A stretch of 63,063 nt of DNA. It comes from Pseudomonadota bacterium (GTDB lineage Bacteria > Bdellovibrionota_B > Oligoflexia > Oligoflexales > CAIYRB01). Every line of letters begins with the position of its first letter. The stretch's first letter is position 1. The stretch covers positions 1-63,063 of the forward strand of contig JANOTL010000039.1 of the NCBI GenBank assembly GCA_031416315.1, written 5' to 3'. Positions 37,501-46,676 of the stretch are shown here, one piece after another. The translations under genes and the position numbers were made by a program. A model generated the notes under the pieces. It did not search any database and had not been told where the DNA came from. It was given only the letters and a program-made list of their open reading frames with translations.

Positions 37501-38246
37501 GACTCGTTCCCGTCGTCACGATGCTCCTCGGCGTCCTTGCGGTGGTCTTTGCGCTGCAAGGCGGGGTGTCTTTCGACTTCGGGGACGTCCTGCGCCGCCT
37601 TCTGCCGCTCGCGGCGTTGGCGGCGCTCGTCTTTTCCCTGCGCCGGAGCGCGGTCACGATTTGTCTCTTCGCGCTGGTCGTGACCGGCGCCTTGGTGCCG
37701 CCTTATACGCAAGCGCAGCAATGGGGAGCGCTCGAAGCGCGAGCTTTGTTCGCGTCCATCGTGGTCGTCATGGCGGGCCTCTTGATTCTCGTGGGGCGCG
37801 GTACGACGCGAGCGCGAAGGCCCGCGCCGGGCTCTTTTTGGTTCGCCGGACTCTTCGCGCTCGCGTCCTGGACCATGGCCTTCGTCGTCTTCGACGCCGG
37901 CAATGCCGTCCTTGGCGCTCACTTCGGCGCCCTGGGCCTCTCTGCCGTTGTGGCGGGCGTCGCCACGCGTCATTCGGACGCCGGCGCCGCCAGCTTGCGC
38001 GACGCGCACTATTCTTTGTATCTGACGCTGCTGATACTCGGCGCGTTGTACGGGGGCGTCGGGCTTCCCGCGGCAGCGGCGGCGGCCGTATTACCGCTCG
38101 GTGCCTGGGCACTGGCGAGCTTCGTACCCGGGGGGGTGGAACATGGAACGCAAAAAGTCGGTGTCTTGGATCCTCAGCGCGACCGCGCTCGTGAGCTTGC
38201 TGGCGACGGCGAGCTCTTGTCGCCCGCTGACTCCGTCGGGAGGTAG
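37497..38246 (+). CDS. Multi-pass membrane protein of unknown function
   Basis: GTGA coupling to yceI; about 7 hydrophobic segments; 3' end overlaps the next gene by 104 nt. Confidence 0.6.
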   Translation: MRLVPVVTMLLGVLAVVFALQGGVSFDFGDVLRRLLPLAALAALVFSLRRSAVTICLFALVVTGALVPPYTQAQQWGALEARALFASIVVVMAGLLILVGRGTTRARRPAPGSFWFAGLFALASWTMAFVVFDAGNAVLGAHFGALGLSAVVAGVATRHSDAGAASLRDAHYSLYLTLLILGALYGGVGLPAAAAAAVLPLGAWALASFVPGGVEHGTQKVGVLDPQRDRARELAGDGELLSPADSVGR

Positions 38247-39267
38247 GCCGCCCGCGGCCGACGCGCGCGCGGAGATCCGCGGCGAAGTGCGCTTCGCGCT
38301 CAGCCGCGAGGCCTTGGCTTTGCTCGCGGAGTCGCCTTCGGCCTTGCGCGTGCGCATTTTCCGCGTCGTCTCCGACGCGCTCGGTGACCAGGAGGGCGAG
38401 GACAAGACCTTCCACCTCGACGGCACGCCCGAAGGCGCCGTCAGCTACCGCCTCGAAGGCTTAAAGCTCGGGTTGAAAGAGTTTCAGCTCGAGATCCTCA
38501 ACGCCGACGGCGAGGTCATCGGCGACGGCAAGGCGCGTCACGTGGTGAAGCCGGGCGCGCAGCAGCTCGGGGAAGCCATCAACATCACGCTGCGCGAGCC
38601 GACGCGGCGCCGCCGCGACGTGCCGCTCGCCTTTCACGTGACCATGGCGGTTCCCGGCGAGGGCGTGAAGACGACCTACCTCGACGTGAAGGCGATCATG
38701 AAGTCGCACTGCCTCAACTGCCACGCCGAAGACTCCATGCCGGAGCCAGGCGGCGGCCTCGTCCTCTCGTCCTATCCTTTCGTCTCGCGCACCTTCGTCA
38801 CGCAGCCGGAGATCGTGGCCGACATGCTGCGCTGGATGCGCGCCTTCGACTATCCGATGCCGCCGCCGCCGAGCCCGCGTGTCGCCGAGGACAAGTTGGC
38901 CGTGCTCGACCAGTGGATCACCGACGGGCTCCTCGCCGCGCCACAAGGCGCGGACGACATCGGCGACGTCGCCAACTGGCTCGACGTACGCTGGAAGCTC
39001 GTCGGTGGCGAAGGCTCCGGCACGTTCCGCGTCGCGCGCTCCGAGGACCCCGCGCGGCCCTTCGTCGCCAATTGGCCGCAGGTCGCGGTTTCCGCTCGTT
39101 ACGACCTGGAGATCGACGTGTGCGCTCGCGACGGGACGGTGGTCACGACGAAGGTGTTCGCGGGGACGCGGATTACGGAAGACGGCGAGCTGGAGATGAC
39201 GGTGGACGTGCCTTACGCTGCGCCGGTCGTCGACATTCCGGTGATCGTCGTGGTGCCGACGCCATAG
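38143..39267 (+). CDS. Lipoprotein with a single c-type heme motif
   Basis: Lipobox-like ASSC; TYLDVKAIMKSHCLNCH (CxxCH); MPP distal Met; QWITDG. Confidence 0.75.
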   Translation: MERKKSVSWILSATALVSLLATASSCRPLTPSGGRPPAADARAEIRGEVRFALSREALALLAESPSALRVRIFRVVSDALGDQEGEDKTFHLDGTPEGAVSYRLEGLKLGLKEFQLEILNADGEVIGDGKARHVVKPGAQQLGEAINITLREPTRRRRDVPLAFHVTMAVPGEGVKTTYLDVKAIMKSHCLNCHAEDSMPEPGGGLVLSSYPFVSRTFVTQPEIVADMLRWMRAFDYPMPPPPSPRVAEDKLAVLDQWITDGLLAAPQGADDIGDVANWLDVRWKLVGGEGSGTFRVARSEDPARPFVANWPQVAVSARYDLEIDVCARDGTVVTTKVFAGTRITEDGELEMTVDVPYAAPVVDIPVIVVVPTP

Positions 39268-39290
39268 TTGATGAGCCGTTTCCGGCCGTA

Positions 39291-40058
39291 TTAGAAGGCC
39301 CAGCCGAGATCGAGCGCAACAAGGCGGATGGAGGTCCGCTTCTTGTCGCTCTTGCGCGAGCCGCGGCCGGTGAAGATGCCGCTGTCGTCATCATAACCGG
39401 CCGGGATATCCGCGTCTTTGGAGGACAGGGTCACCGCCGGCACAAACACTTCGAGCCAGGTTCCGCCTAGGACCAGTCCAAAAGGCAGGACCCAACGATT
39501 GCCGACGGCCAGCTCGAAGCCGAGGTTCGAGGCACTCTTCTCCGCGTTCACGCTGACTCCGCTGGTGCTCCTATACGTCTCCTTCGTCGAGGTCGAGCGG
39601 AAGCCCGCACCGCCCGTGAAATGAAACGAGCGCATCAGGTACAGGTGGTATTTCGCGGTGACGACGAGCTGCTTGCGCACGCTCTCCGTCTGTCCTTTGT
39701 CGAAGAGGCCGGCGTCGCCGGTCGTCGTGCTCGAGTCGGAGCGGAAGCCGAAAGCGACGGAGCTCGGCTTCGGGGCCATGCGGTCGACGACGCGTTGGTA
39801 TTCGAGCGCGCCAGCGCCAGGGCCGGTGCCCGAGCTGATCAAAGCCGGTTGCAGGACGATGGCCTGGGACCACCAGAGCTCTCCTTCGGGGACGGCGGCG
39901 CTCGTCTTTTTCTCCCGCTTCAGGACCTTCACGCGGGGCTTTTCCGGCATGGCGACTTCCGCCTCGTCCCCTTCTTCGTCCTGCGCGAGCAAGGGCGCGG
40001 CGCTAAACGCGAGGGCGAGGGCTGCGGCGATTCCTTGCTTGGCGATGCGGCTCGGCAT
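39291..40058 (-). CDS. Outer-membrane beta-barrel protein
   Basis: Signal peptide LLA-Q; amphipathic strands; C-terminal LDLGWAF beta-signal. Confidence 0.75.
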   Translation of the reverse strand: MPSRIAKQGIAAALALAFSAAPLLAQDEEGDEAEVAMPEKPRVKVLKREKKTSAAVPEGELWWSQAIVLQPALISSGTGPGAGALEYQRVVDRMAPKPSSVAFGFRSDSSTTTGDAGLFDKGQTESVRKQLVVTAKYHLYLMRSFHFTGGAGFRSTSTKETYRSTSGVSVNAEKSASNLGFELAVGNRWVLPFGLVLGGTWLEVFVPAVTLSSKDADIPAGYDDDSGIFTGRGSRKSDKKRTSIRLVALDLGWAF

Positions 40059-40105
40059 AAGCTTCTCGGATGACGGATGGCACGAATCTAACACGGCATT
40101 TCGGA

Positions 40106-40654
40106 ATGCGCCAAGCGCTCGCGGCCGCCGTGGCGGCGCTCGGTCTCGCGGCCTCGGCCTGCGACATCCCGCCGACGACGATCGGCCTGGGCAAGATCGA
40201 CGCGACGCCGAGCTCGCAGGAGCTGAAGGATGCGCTGCAGCTCATGCTGCGCGGGCGCAGCGCCCTTTTCACGACGACGACCTCGGTCAATTGCGTCGCT
40301 TTTCTCGGTGTGGCCCAGGACGGCGCGGAGCAGTGCACGGTCCGCCACAAGGCCGGGGCAGCCGCCGCGGGGGCAACGGTTCGCGGCAGCTGCACCCTCT
40401 ACGCTTTCTCGCGCTTCTTGAACACCGGCAGCACCATCTCGGTCACCTGCGACAGCGAGCTGGACGGCGGCAACTGCGTCCCGGGCTCGTCCGACCTGAT
40501 CTCGACGACGATCGAAGCGGACCTCACCGGCGAAGCGAGGTCGGCATCCTTGAACGGCAAGGTTTACAAAGACGTCGACGAGGCCGGAACAAGCCTGACC
40601 CTTTTCGACGGGCTCGATTACTGTAACGGCACGTTCGCGTTGGCGCAGCCGTGA
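40106..40654 (+). CDS. Cys-rich lipoprotein of unknown function
   Basis: Lipobox ASAC; six further Cys; 37-nt convergent overlap with the radical SAM gene. Confidence 0.7.
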   Translation: MRQALAAAVAALGLAASACDIPPTTIGLGKIDATPSSQELKDALQLMLRGRSALFTTTTSVNCVAFLGVAQDGAEQCTVRHKAGAAAAGATVRGSCTLYAFSRFLNTGSTISVTCDSELDGGNCVPGSSDLISTTIEADLTGEARSASLNGKVYKDVDEAGTSLTLFDGLDYCNGTFALAQP

Positions 40655-42081
40655 CGCTTCTCGGTCTCCACCGCTAGCTTGCGCGCGGCGATCTGCTCGC
40701 CTCGCAAGGACTCGAGCCGTGCGGCGCGGTCACCTCGGTAGAGCAGGTTCATCGTGTCAAAGGGGATGATGCGCCCGTCCGGCTGCACGATGTGAATGCA
40801 CGTCTTCTTGATCGGGCGGACGTCGAAGTTGTAGGCGTCGAAGAACTGCATGATCACGACGCGGAAGACGTTCTCGTACGAAAGCGACGGCGCCGTGAAG
40901 GCCGGCAGGCAGCAGAGGATTTGCCGCAGATGCTCGGCTTGCGCGTCTGGGGCGCGGGACGTGCTGAAGAGGTCGAAGAACCGCGCTTTCAGGTCGAATT
41001 CCTGCTCGAAGTTGATGGTCGAGCGGGCCGTGTCGAGGAGCGACTCCGGCTTTACGAACGAAGACATCGGGATGATCTTGCCGCCGAGCTTCAGGGCGTA
41101 CGCCATGGCGATCGCCTCCGGGTGGCAGGGCACCGGGATCAGATCGTCGGGCGTGAACATCGCGGTCTGTCTCAGGATCTGGCTACGCACCTCGGTGAGC
41201 GTTAGCCGGTCCTTCGCCGGATCGAACGTGTCGAGCCGGCCGGCGACCTGCGTCGGTTGGAAGGTGACGCCGCGCACCGCCGGTTGCTGGGCCGCGAATT
41301 CGATGATCTTGCCCATCTCGTGGTCGTTCAAACCCTTCTGCAGGGTGACGACGAGCGTCGTCGAGATGTTGCGCTCGTTGAGCGCCGCGATAGCTTGCAT
41401 GCGGGTCTCGCGCAGGTCTTCGCCGCGCAGCGTGCGGAGCGCCTTCTCCTCGAACGAGTCGAACTGTAGGTAAACCTCGAGGCCTTGGCGCTGCTCGGCC
41501 AGCCGATCGGCGAATTTAGCGTCCTGCGCGAGGCGTAGGCCGTTGGTGTTCACCATGATGTGGCGGATGGGCCGGGCCTTCGCCATCGCCAAAATCTCGA
41601 AGAATTTGGGGTGCAGGGTCGGCTCGCCGCCGGAGAGTTGGACGACGTCGGGCTCGCCCTCGTTGGCGACGAGAGCGTCGAGCATGCGCTCGACTTCCTC
41701 GAGCGTGCGGTGCTTGCCGACCCCGGGGCCTGACTCGGCATAACACGTCGGACACTTCAAGTTGCAGCGGTCCGTGAGCTCGATCAGGCCGATGCACGAA
41801 TGCTGCTCGTGATCGGGACACAGGCCGCAGTCGTAAGGGCAGCCGTAGTTGGTCGCCGTGTTGAACTTCTGCGGCAAGTCGCCCGGCTTTTTGTAGTCGC
41901 GACAGCGCTTGTAGTACGCGGCGTCGGTGGCGATGAGCACCGTCTCCATGCCGTGCAGGGCGCAGCGCTTCTCCATGAAGACGTCGTCGCCCTTGATCAG
42001 GATCTTGGCGTCGACGCGGCGAAGGCAGCGGGAGCAAAGCGAGATCGTGGTGTCGTAGAAGGTGTGGTCGCGTGCGGTCAT
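40618..42081 (-). CDS. Radical SAM enzyme of the Tes/GDGT-MAS (MJ0619, COG1964)-like family
   Basis: SLCSRC...KRCALHG, GCPYDCGLCPDH, RCNLKCPTCYA, LSGGEPTLHP, NTNG, YLQFD, KKTCIH, IPFD. Confidence 0.85.
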   Translation of the reverse strand: MTARDHTFYDTTISLCSRCLRRVDAKILIKGDDVFMEKRCALHGMETVLIATDAAYYKRCRDYKKPGDLPQKFNTATNYGCPYDCGLCPDHEQHSCIGLIELTDRCNLKCPTCYAESGPGVGKHRTLEEVERMLDALVANEGEPDVVQLSGGEPTLHPKFFEILAMAKARPIRHIMVNTNGLRLAQDAKFADRLAEQRQGLEVYLQFDSFEEKALRTLRGEDLRETRMQAIAALNERNISTTLVVTLQKGLNDHEMGKIIEFAAQQPAVRGVTFQPTQVAGRLDTFDPAKDRLTLTEVRSQILRQTAMFTPDDLIPVPCHPEAIAMAYALKLGGKIIPMSSFVKPESLLDTARSTINFEQEFDLKARFFDLFSTSRAPDAQAEHLRQILCCLPAFTAPSLSYENVFRVVIMQFFDAYNFDVRPIKKTCIHIVQPDGRIIPFDTMNLLYRGDRAARLESLRGEQIAARKLAVETEKRHGCANANVPLQ

Positions 42082-42149
42082 CGCGGGAATCTACCTGCTC
42101 GACACGACGATCGCAACGGGCGCGTGATCCTTCGACTTCGCCGGCGCGA

Positions 42150-44309
42150 TCAGGCGCTTAAGCGGCGCTTGGCCGCGTCTCTCTGCCAGTGGAAGACGGT
42201 CAGCGTCTTGTCGTCGTCCTTGCGGTCGGCGACCAGCGGGCAGGCCAGAACCAAAGCCTTGATGCGGTCGGCATCGAGGTCACTGCCGATGCCTGCGAGC
42301 TGTTTCTTCATATAGCGTAGGAATTCGGTGGTGCGGCGGCTGTTGTCGAGCATGCCGTCGCTGGTCAGGACGACGAAGGCGCCGTCGCTCATTTGGTATG
42401 GCACGAGCTTCGCGCTGGGGAGCGGGAGGAGCGTCAGGCTCCATGTGTCCCCCTTCGGCTCGATGACGAGCGGGAAGGGGAAGTTGACGCGGAAAAGCTC
42501 GAGCGCGCCCGTCTCGACGTCGAACTCGCCGCCGGCCATCGCGAGCACGTCCGGAGTCGAGTCCATCTTCTCGAAGAACTGCGTGACCATGCGCGCGTAA
42601 GCCTCCATTTTCCCCGGGATCCAGGGGCCCTGCGCGTCGCTCCACACGGTGTTGGCGATGACGGAGACGCCGGAGGCCTTCAGCGCGGCCTGAACGCCGT
42701 GACCGGTGACGTCGTTGATCAGAAAGGTGAGCTTGCGGTGCTTCTCGTTCCAGTCGACGAAATACGTGTCGCCGGAGACGTAGAGCATCGCCTCGTGGTG
42801 GCAGACCATGCGCAGCTCGTCGGGCATCTTCGGCAGGTTCATGAAGGCCTTCTGCACGACGCGGCCGAGCTCCATCTCCTTCTCCATCTCCTTCGCGCGC
42901 GCCTCGAGACCTGACAGGGTGCGCACCCGATTCTCGAGGGTCGAGATGTTGAGGAAGGCGGCGAAGGCGAGGAGCCAGGCGGCGATCGGCTGCAAGAGGT
43001 CGACGATCGTCTGGTAGACGAAATGATCGCGGAGGGCGGGAACGTACTGGCCGCCCGAGTCGAAGACCTGCTCGAAGGCGCCGAGCGCCGCGACGCCGAG
43101 CGCAAGGACGCGCCAGGGTAGTTTCTTGTCGCGCAGATACCACGCGGCGCGCACGCACACGGCGAGGCCGATTCCGCCGGCGATCATGTCGCGGATGCGC
43201 GAGATGTGGAAGAGCCAGGTCAGATCGAAGGCCGGACCGTAGTGGCGAAGGAGGCCGTGCGGGATCGAGATCACGGTTCCCCAGAGGAGCCAAGGCGCGA
43301 CGCGCTTGTCGATCATGCGGGCGAGCTGGAGGAAGAAGTATATTCGGAAGATGTCGCCCATCTGGAAGGCGTAGTGCTTCAGGAAGTCGACGTTCTCCAG
43401 CGGCAGCCAGCCGAAGCCGAGCGAGATCGCGAACGCCTCGAAGCCAAGGAAGAGGCCCAAGCCCAAAGTCTCCGGCGAGCTGTCGATCAGGAGGAAGAGA
43501 ACGAGGACGAAGACCGCCATCGCGATGCGCGCGATGGCGCCGATGAAGTCGCCGCGGCCGGCCTTGTCGGAGGCGACGAACTCCTGCCACGCGCGGTAGT
43601 CGTCGAGCGGCATCACCGCGACCGTCTTGTCTAGCGAGGCGAGCTTTGGCAGCCCGGCCCGGGCGAGGTGGATCTGCTCGCCGTGGGCCTCGAAAACGAT
43701 CTGGACTTGGAGCGGTTTCGCGGCGTTTTTAAGGCTTTCCGCGGCGAACGCGTAGGTGAGGCGTCCGTCGTCCCAGGTGGTGCCCTGGAACGCGCCGTCG
43801 ACGTACAGATCGGCGCGGCGGAACGAGAACGCGGGCAAAGTCGCGACCAGCGTGCGCGTGGCGACGGGAAAGGCGCCGAAGCGCGCCGGGTCGAGCTCGG
43901 CGCGGAAAAGGGTGACGGCCAGTGCGCTGCCGGCGAGGCCCGCGGGCAGCTCGAGCGCGTACTTTTCGAGATCCACCGCGGCCTTCGGCATGGCGGAGAG
44001 CTTCTCGAAGCAGTCGCGTCCCGATTCACACGTTTTCGCGACGACCGCGGTGGCGGCCCATGGCGTCGCGGCCACGGCGAGCGCATGGATGTTCGGGCGC
44101 TTCGCGAGCCAAGCCTCGGCGTCGTGGCGCATCCAGGCCATCGTCACGAGGAAGCCCATGGTCAGCAGAAAGAGCACGGTCGTCGAGGCGACGGCGGCGC
44201 GCGTGCGGTTCTCCTCCGAGGGGCGCAACATCTTGCGGCGCTCGTAGAGTTGCGCGAGCGCTTCGCCGGAGACGAGGGCGCGGAAGAACAGTTTGGTCAT
44301 GGAGCTCAT
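42150..44309 (-). CDS. Multi-TM sensor with C-terminal PP2C/SpoIIE phosphatase
   Basis: Periplasmic domain, about 7 TM, coiled coil EMELGRVVQ, SGDTY, NDVTGHGVQAAL, TSDGM, DDDKT. Confidence 0.88.
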   Translation of the reverse strand: MSSMTKLFFRALVSGEALAQLYERRKMLRPSEENRTRAAVASTTVLFLLTMGFLVTMAWMRHDAEAWLAKRPNIHALAVAATPWAATAVVAKTCESGRDCFEKLSAMPKAAVDLEKYALELPAGLAGSALAVTLFRAELDPARFGAFPVATRTLVATLPAFSFRRADLYVDGAFQGTTWDDGRLTYAFAAESLKNAAKPLQVQIVFEAHGEQIHLARAGLPKLASLDKTVAVMPLDDYRAWQEFVASDKAGRGDFIGAIARIAMAVFVLVLFLLIDSSPETLGLGLFLGFEAFAISLGFGWLPLENVDFLKHYAFQMGDIFRIYFFLQLARMIDKRVAPWLLWGTVISIPHGLLRHYGPAFDLTWLFHISRIRDMIAGGIGLAVCVRAAWYLRDKKLPWRVLALGVAALGAFEQVFDSGGQYVPALRDHFVYQTIVDLLQPIAAWLLAFAAFLNISTLENRVRTLSGLEARAKEMEKEMELGRVVQKAFMNLPKMPDELRMVCHHEAMLYVSGDTYFVDWNEKHRKLTFLINDVTGHGVQAALKASGVSVIANTVWSDAQGPWIPGKMEAYARMVTQFFEKMDSTPDVLAMAGGEFDVETGALELFRVNFPFPLVIEPKGDTWSLTLLPLPSAKLVPYQMSDGAFVVLTSDGMLDNSRRTTEFLRYMKKQLAGIGSDLDADRIKALVLACPLVADRKDDDKTLTVFHWQRDAAKRRLSA

Positions 44310-44317
44310 TGCCGTTC

Positions 44318-44344
44318 TTATCGGCAGAGAGCGGCGAAAAATAA
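44318..44344 (-). promoter_or_regulatory. sigma28/FliA promoter
   Basis: Minus strand TTATT-N14-GCCGATAA, 8 nt before ATG 44309. Confidence 0.65.
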
Positions 44345-44507
44345 CTGGGGAGGCGCTCAGATCCCAATTATATCAGATATTTATGCCGTGAACGGGACCC
44401 TGTCGGAGGGAGCCGGCGTGAACTTCGGCGCCATGAACGTCAAGGGACTTCGATGGTTTACCATCGTGCGTGGCAGACCGGTCCGCCGTGGTATAGGTTT
44501 TCGCAAC

Positions 44508-45785
44508 ATGAACCTCGAGCTCCTGACCCCCATTCTCGCCGCCGCCTCGATCCTTGGCATCGTCGTGTGCCTCGTGATTTTGTGGCGGCAGCGCGCGCAC
44601 TTAAGGTTCGAGCTGGCGGAGACGGCGCGGTTTCAGGCGGCGGCGTTCCGCGAGGCCGCGCGCTCGCACGAGACGGCGCTTCGGGCCGTGGCGCTCGAGC
44701 TGGCGCGCGGCGTCGAATACTCTCGCAGCGAGACCTTGCGCGCTTTGAGCCAGGATTTTCAGGGTTTGTCGCAGCTCGTGGGCGCTGCCCTGATGGACAA
44801 CCGCGAGAAGCAGATCGCGACGACGCAAGAGCTGCAGCGGCGGATCGGCGACCACTTGGAGCGGATCCGGGCCGACAGCGCGCAGCAGCTCGACAAGATG
44901 CGCGCGACCGTCGAGGAAAAGCTGCAGTCGACCCTTGAGGCGCGACTCGGCGAGAGCTTCAAGCAGGTGAGCGAACGCCTGGAGCAGGTTTATCGCGGCC
45001 TAGGCGAGATGCAGACTTTGGCGACCGGCGTCGGCGACCTGAAGCGCGTGTTGACGAACGTGCGCACGCGCGGGACGTTCGGCGAGGCGCAGCTCGAGGC
45101 GCTTTTGGAGCAGGTCCTCGTGTCGAGCCAATACGACAAGAACGTCGCGACGATTCCCGGGAGCAGCGAGCGCGTCGAGTTCGCGGTGCGCCTGCCGGGC
45201 GACGACGACGGTACGCCGGTCTACCTGCCGATCGACGCGAAGTTCCCCGTCGAGGACTACGAGCGCCTGATCGCCGCCTATGCGGCCAACGACCTTCCGG
45301 GGATCGAGGAGCACAAGAAATCCTTGCGCCGCCGCGTCATCGACGAGGCCGAGAAGATCCGCAAGAAGTACGTGGCGCCGCCGCACACGACCGAAGTCGC
45401 CCTCATGTACTTGCCGAACGAGGGGCTCTACGCCGAGGTGCTCCGCTTTGCGGGCATGATCGACGCCCTACAGACCCTGAAGATCGTACCAGTCGGCCCC
45501 TCGACGCTTTACGCGGTGCTGAACAGCTTGCAGATGGGTTTCCGCACCATCGCGATCCAGAAGCGCACGCACGAGGTCTGGTCCGTGCTCGGCGCCGTCA
45601 AGACCGAGTTCGGCAAGTTCGGCGACGTGCTCGGCAAGGTGCGTGAGAAGCTCGACCAAGCCTCGAAAAAGCTCGGCGAAACCGAGATCCGCACGCGCGC
45701 CATCGAACGTTCCCTGCGCCAGGTCGAAGCGCTCCCGGAGGCCGAAACCGCCAAGGTCTTCCCGGAGTTGCCGCCTTTGGGTTAA
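44508..45785 (+). CDS. rmuC: DNA recombination protein RmuC
   Basis: N-terminal TM; LGESFKQVSERLEQV, RGTFGE, LPIDAKFP, LPNEGLYAE, LNSLQMGF. Confidence 0.93.
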   Translation: MNLELLTPILAAASILGIVVCLVILWRQRAHLRFELAETARFQAAAFREAARSHETALRAVALELARGVEYSRSETLRALSQDFQGLSQLVGAALMDNREKQIATTQELQRRIGDHLERIRADSAQQLDKMRATVEEKLQSTLEARLGESFKQVSERLEQVYRGLGEMQTLATGVGDLKRVLTNVRTRGTFGEAQLEALLEQVLVSSQYDKNVATIPGSSERVEFAVRLPGDDDGTPVYLPIDAKFPVEDYERLIAAYAANDLPGIEEHKKSLRRRVIDEAEKIRKKYVAPPHTTEVALMYLPNEGLYAEVLRFAGMIDALQTLKIVPVGPSTLYAVLNSLQMGFRTIAIQKRTHEVWSVLGAVKTEFGKFGDVLGKVREKLDQASKKLGETEIRTRAIERSLRQVEALPEAETAKVFPELPPLG

Positions 45786-45823
45786 GCTCTCGGGACCTCA
45801 CCCCGCGTCCTCTGGAGTCCGCC

Positions 45824-46558
45824 ATGAAGAAAGCGCTCGTAGCGTTTGCCGCCCTCTTGTCCATGGCCTCCGTAGCATCGATCGGGGCGGGCGTTGCCCG
45901 CGCCGCCGGCGAGCCGAAGTGGATCCTCCACACCGAGGACTACCCGCCGTACCAGACGAAGGGCGCCAAGGGCGGGATCGACGGCGAGAACGTCAAGATC
46001 GTCAAAGAGATCATGAAAAAAGCCGGGCTCGCCTACGAGTTGAAGATGGACACCTGGGACAAGTCCTTCGAGACGGCGAAGAAGAAGGCTTACAACGGCG
46101 TGTTCACCGCGATCCGCAACGGCGAGCGCGAGAGCCTCTTTCAATGGGTCGGGCCGATCTCGGTGACGCGCTGGGTGCTCCTGGCGAAGAAGTCGAAGAA
46201 GATCGAGATCAAGGAGGTCGCCGACGCTTTCAAGTTCAAGATCGGCGGCTACCAGAACGACGCGAAGAGCCAGTACCTGGAGAAGTTGGGCGGCGTGGTC
46301 GACAAGGTCGACGACGACGCGAAGAACGCCAAGCGCCTGGACAAGGGCGAGATCGACCTCTGGGCGACCGGCTATATCTCCGGGATGAAGCACGCCAAGG
46401 ACCAAGGCATCACGGACCTCGAGGAGGTCTTCGTTTACCGCGAGGATTACGGTTATCTGGCGCTGAACGTCGACACGAAACAGTCCGTCGTCTTGAACTT
46501 GAACCGCATCGTCGAGCAGCTCAAGGACAAGGGCGTCATCAAGGTGAAGTTCAAGTAA
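45824..46558 (+). CDS. Family 3 (polar amino acid type) periplasmic substrate-binding protein, orphan
   Basis: Signal peptide; TEDYPPY, ERESLFQWVGPI, GEIDLW, YLALN. Confidence 0.85.
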   Translation: MKKALVAFAALLSMASVASIGAGVARAAGEPKWILHTEDYPPYQTKGAKGGIDGENVKIVKEIMKKAGLAYELKMDTWDKSFETAKKKAYNGVFTAIRNGERESLFQWVGPISVTRWVLLAKKSKKIEIKEVADAFKFKIGGYQNDAKSQYLEKLGGVVDKVDDDAKNAKRLDKGEIDLWATGYISGMKHAKDQGITDLEEVFVYREDYGYLALNVDTKQSVVLNLNRIVEQLKDKGVIKVKFK

Positions 46559-46676
46559 GGTCGGGGGCGGCGATGAGGAGCCGAAAGGCTCGAACGGGAC
46601 GGAGGCGGGGCGCGCCCTCAACCGTCGAATCGAGGTGGTCGTGACCCGCTCAGGCGAAGACAGCACGGCGCACTGA
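46557..46676 (+). pseudogene. Orphan C-terminal fragment of an OmpA/MotB-type peptidoglycan-binding domain
   Basis: Frame reads KVGGGDEEPKGSNGTEAGRALNRRIEVVVTRSGEDSTAH-stop; in-frame stop upstream at 46545-46547 and no start codon before the motif. Confidence 0.7.

Noticed and set aside
40063..40093. sigma54 site TGGCACG (+) and FliA-like TCCGAGAA (-) in the divergent gap
   Set aside because: The -12 GC is missing (TAAC), and the FliA-like box is only 4 nt from the ATG; both too weak to call.
40106..42149. RiPP cluster around the radical SAM gene
   Set aside because: No short precursor ORF, RRE/SPASM pattern, peptidase or exporter nearby; motifs fit the Tes-like family.
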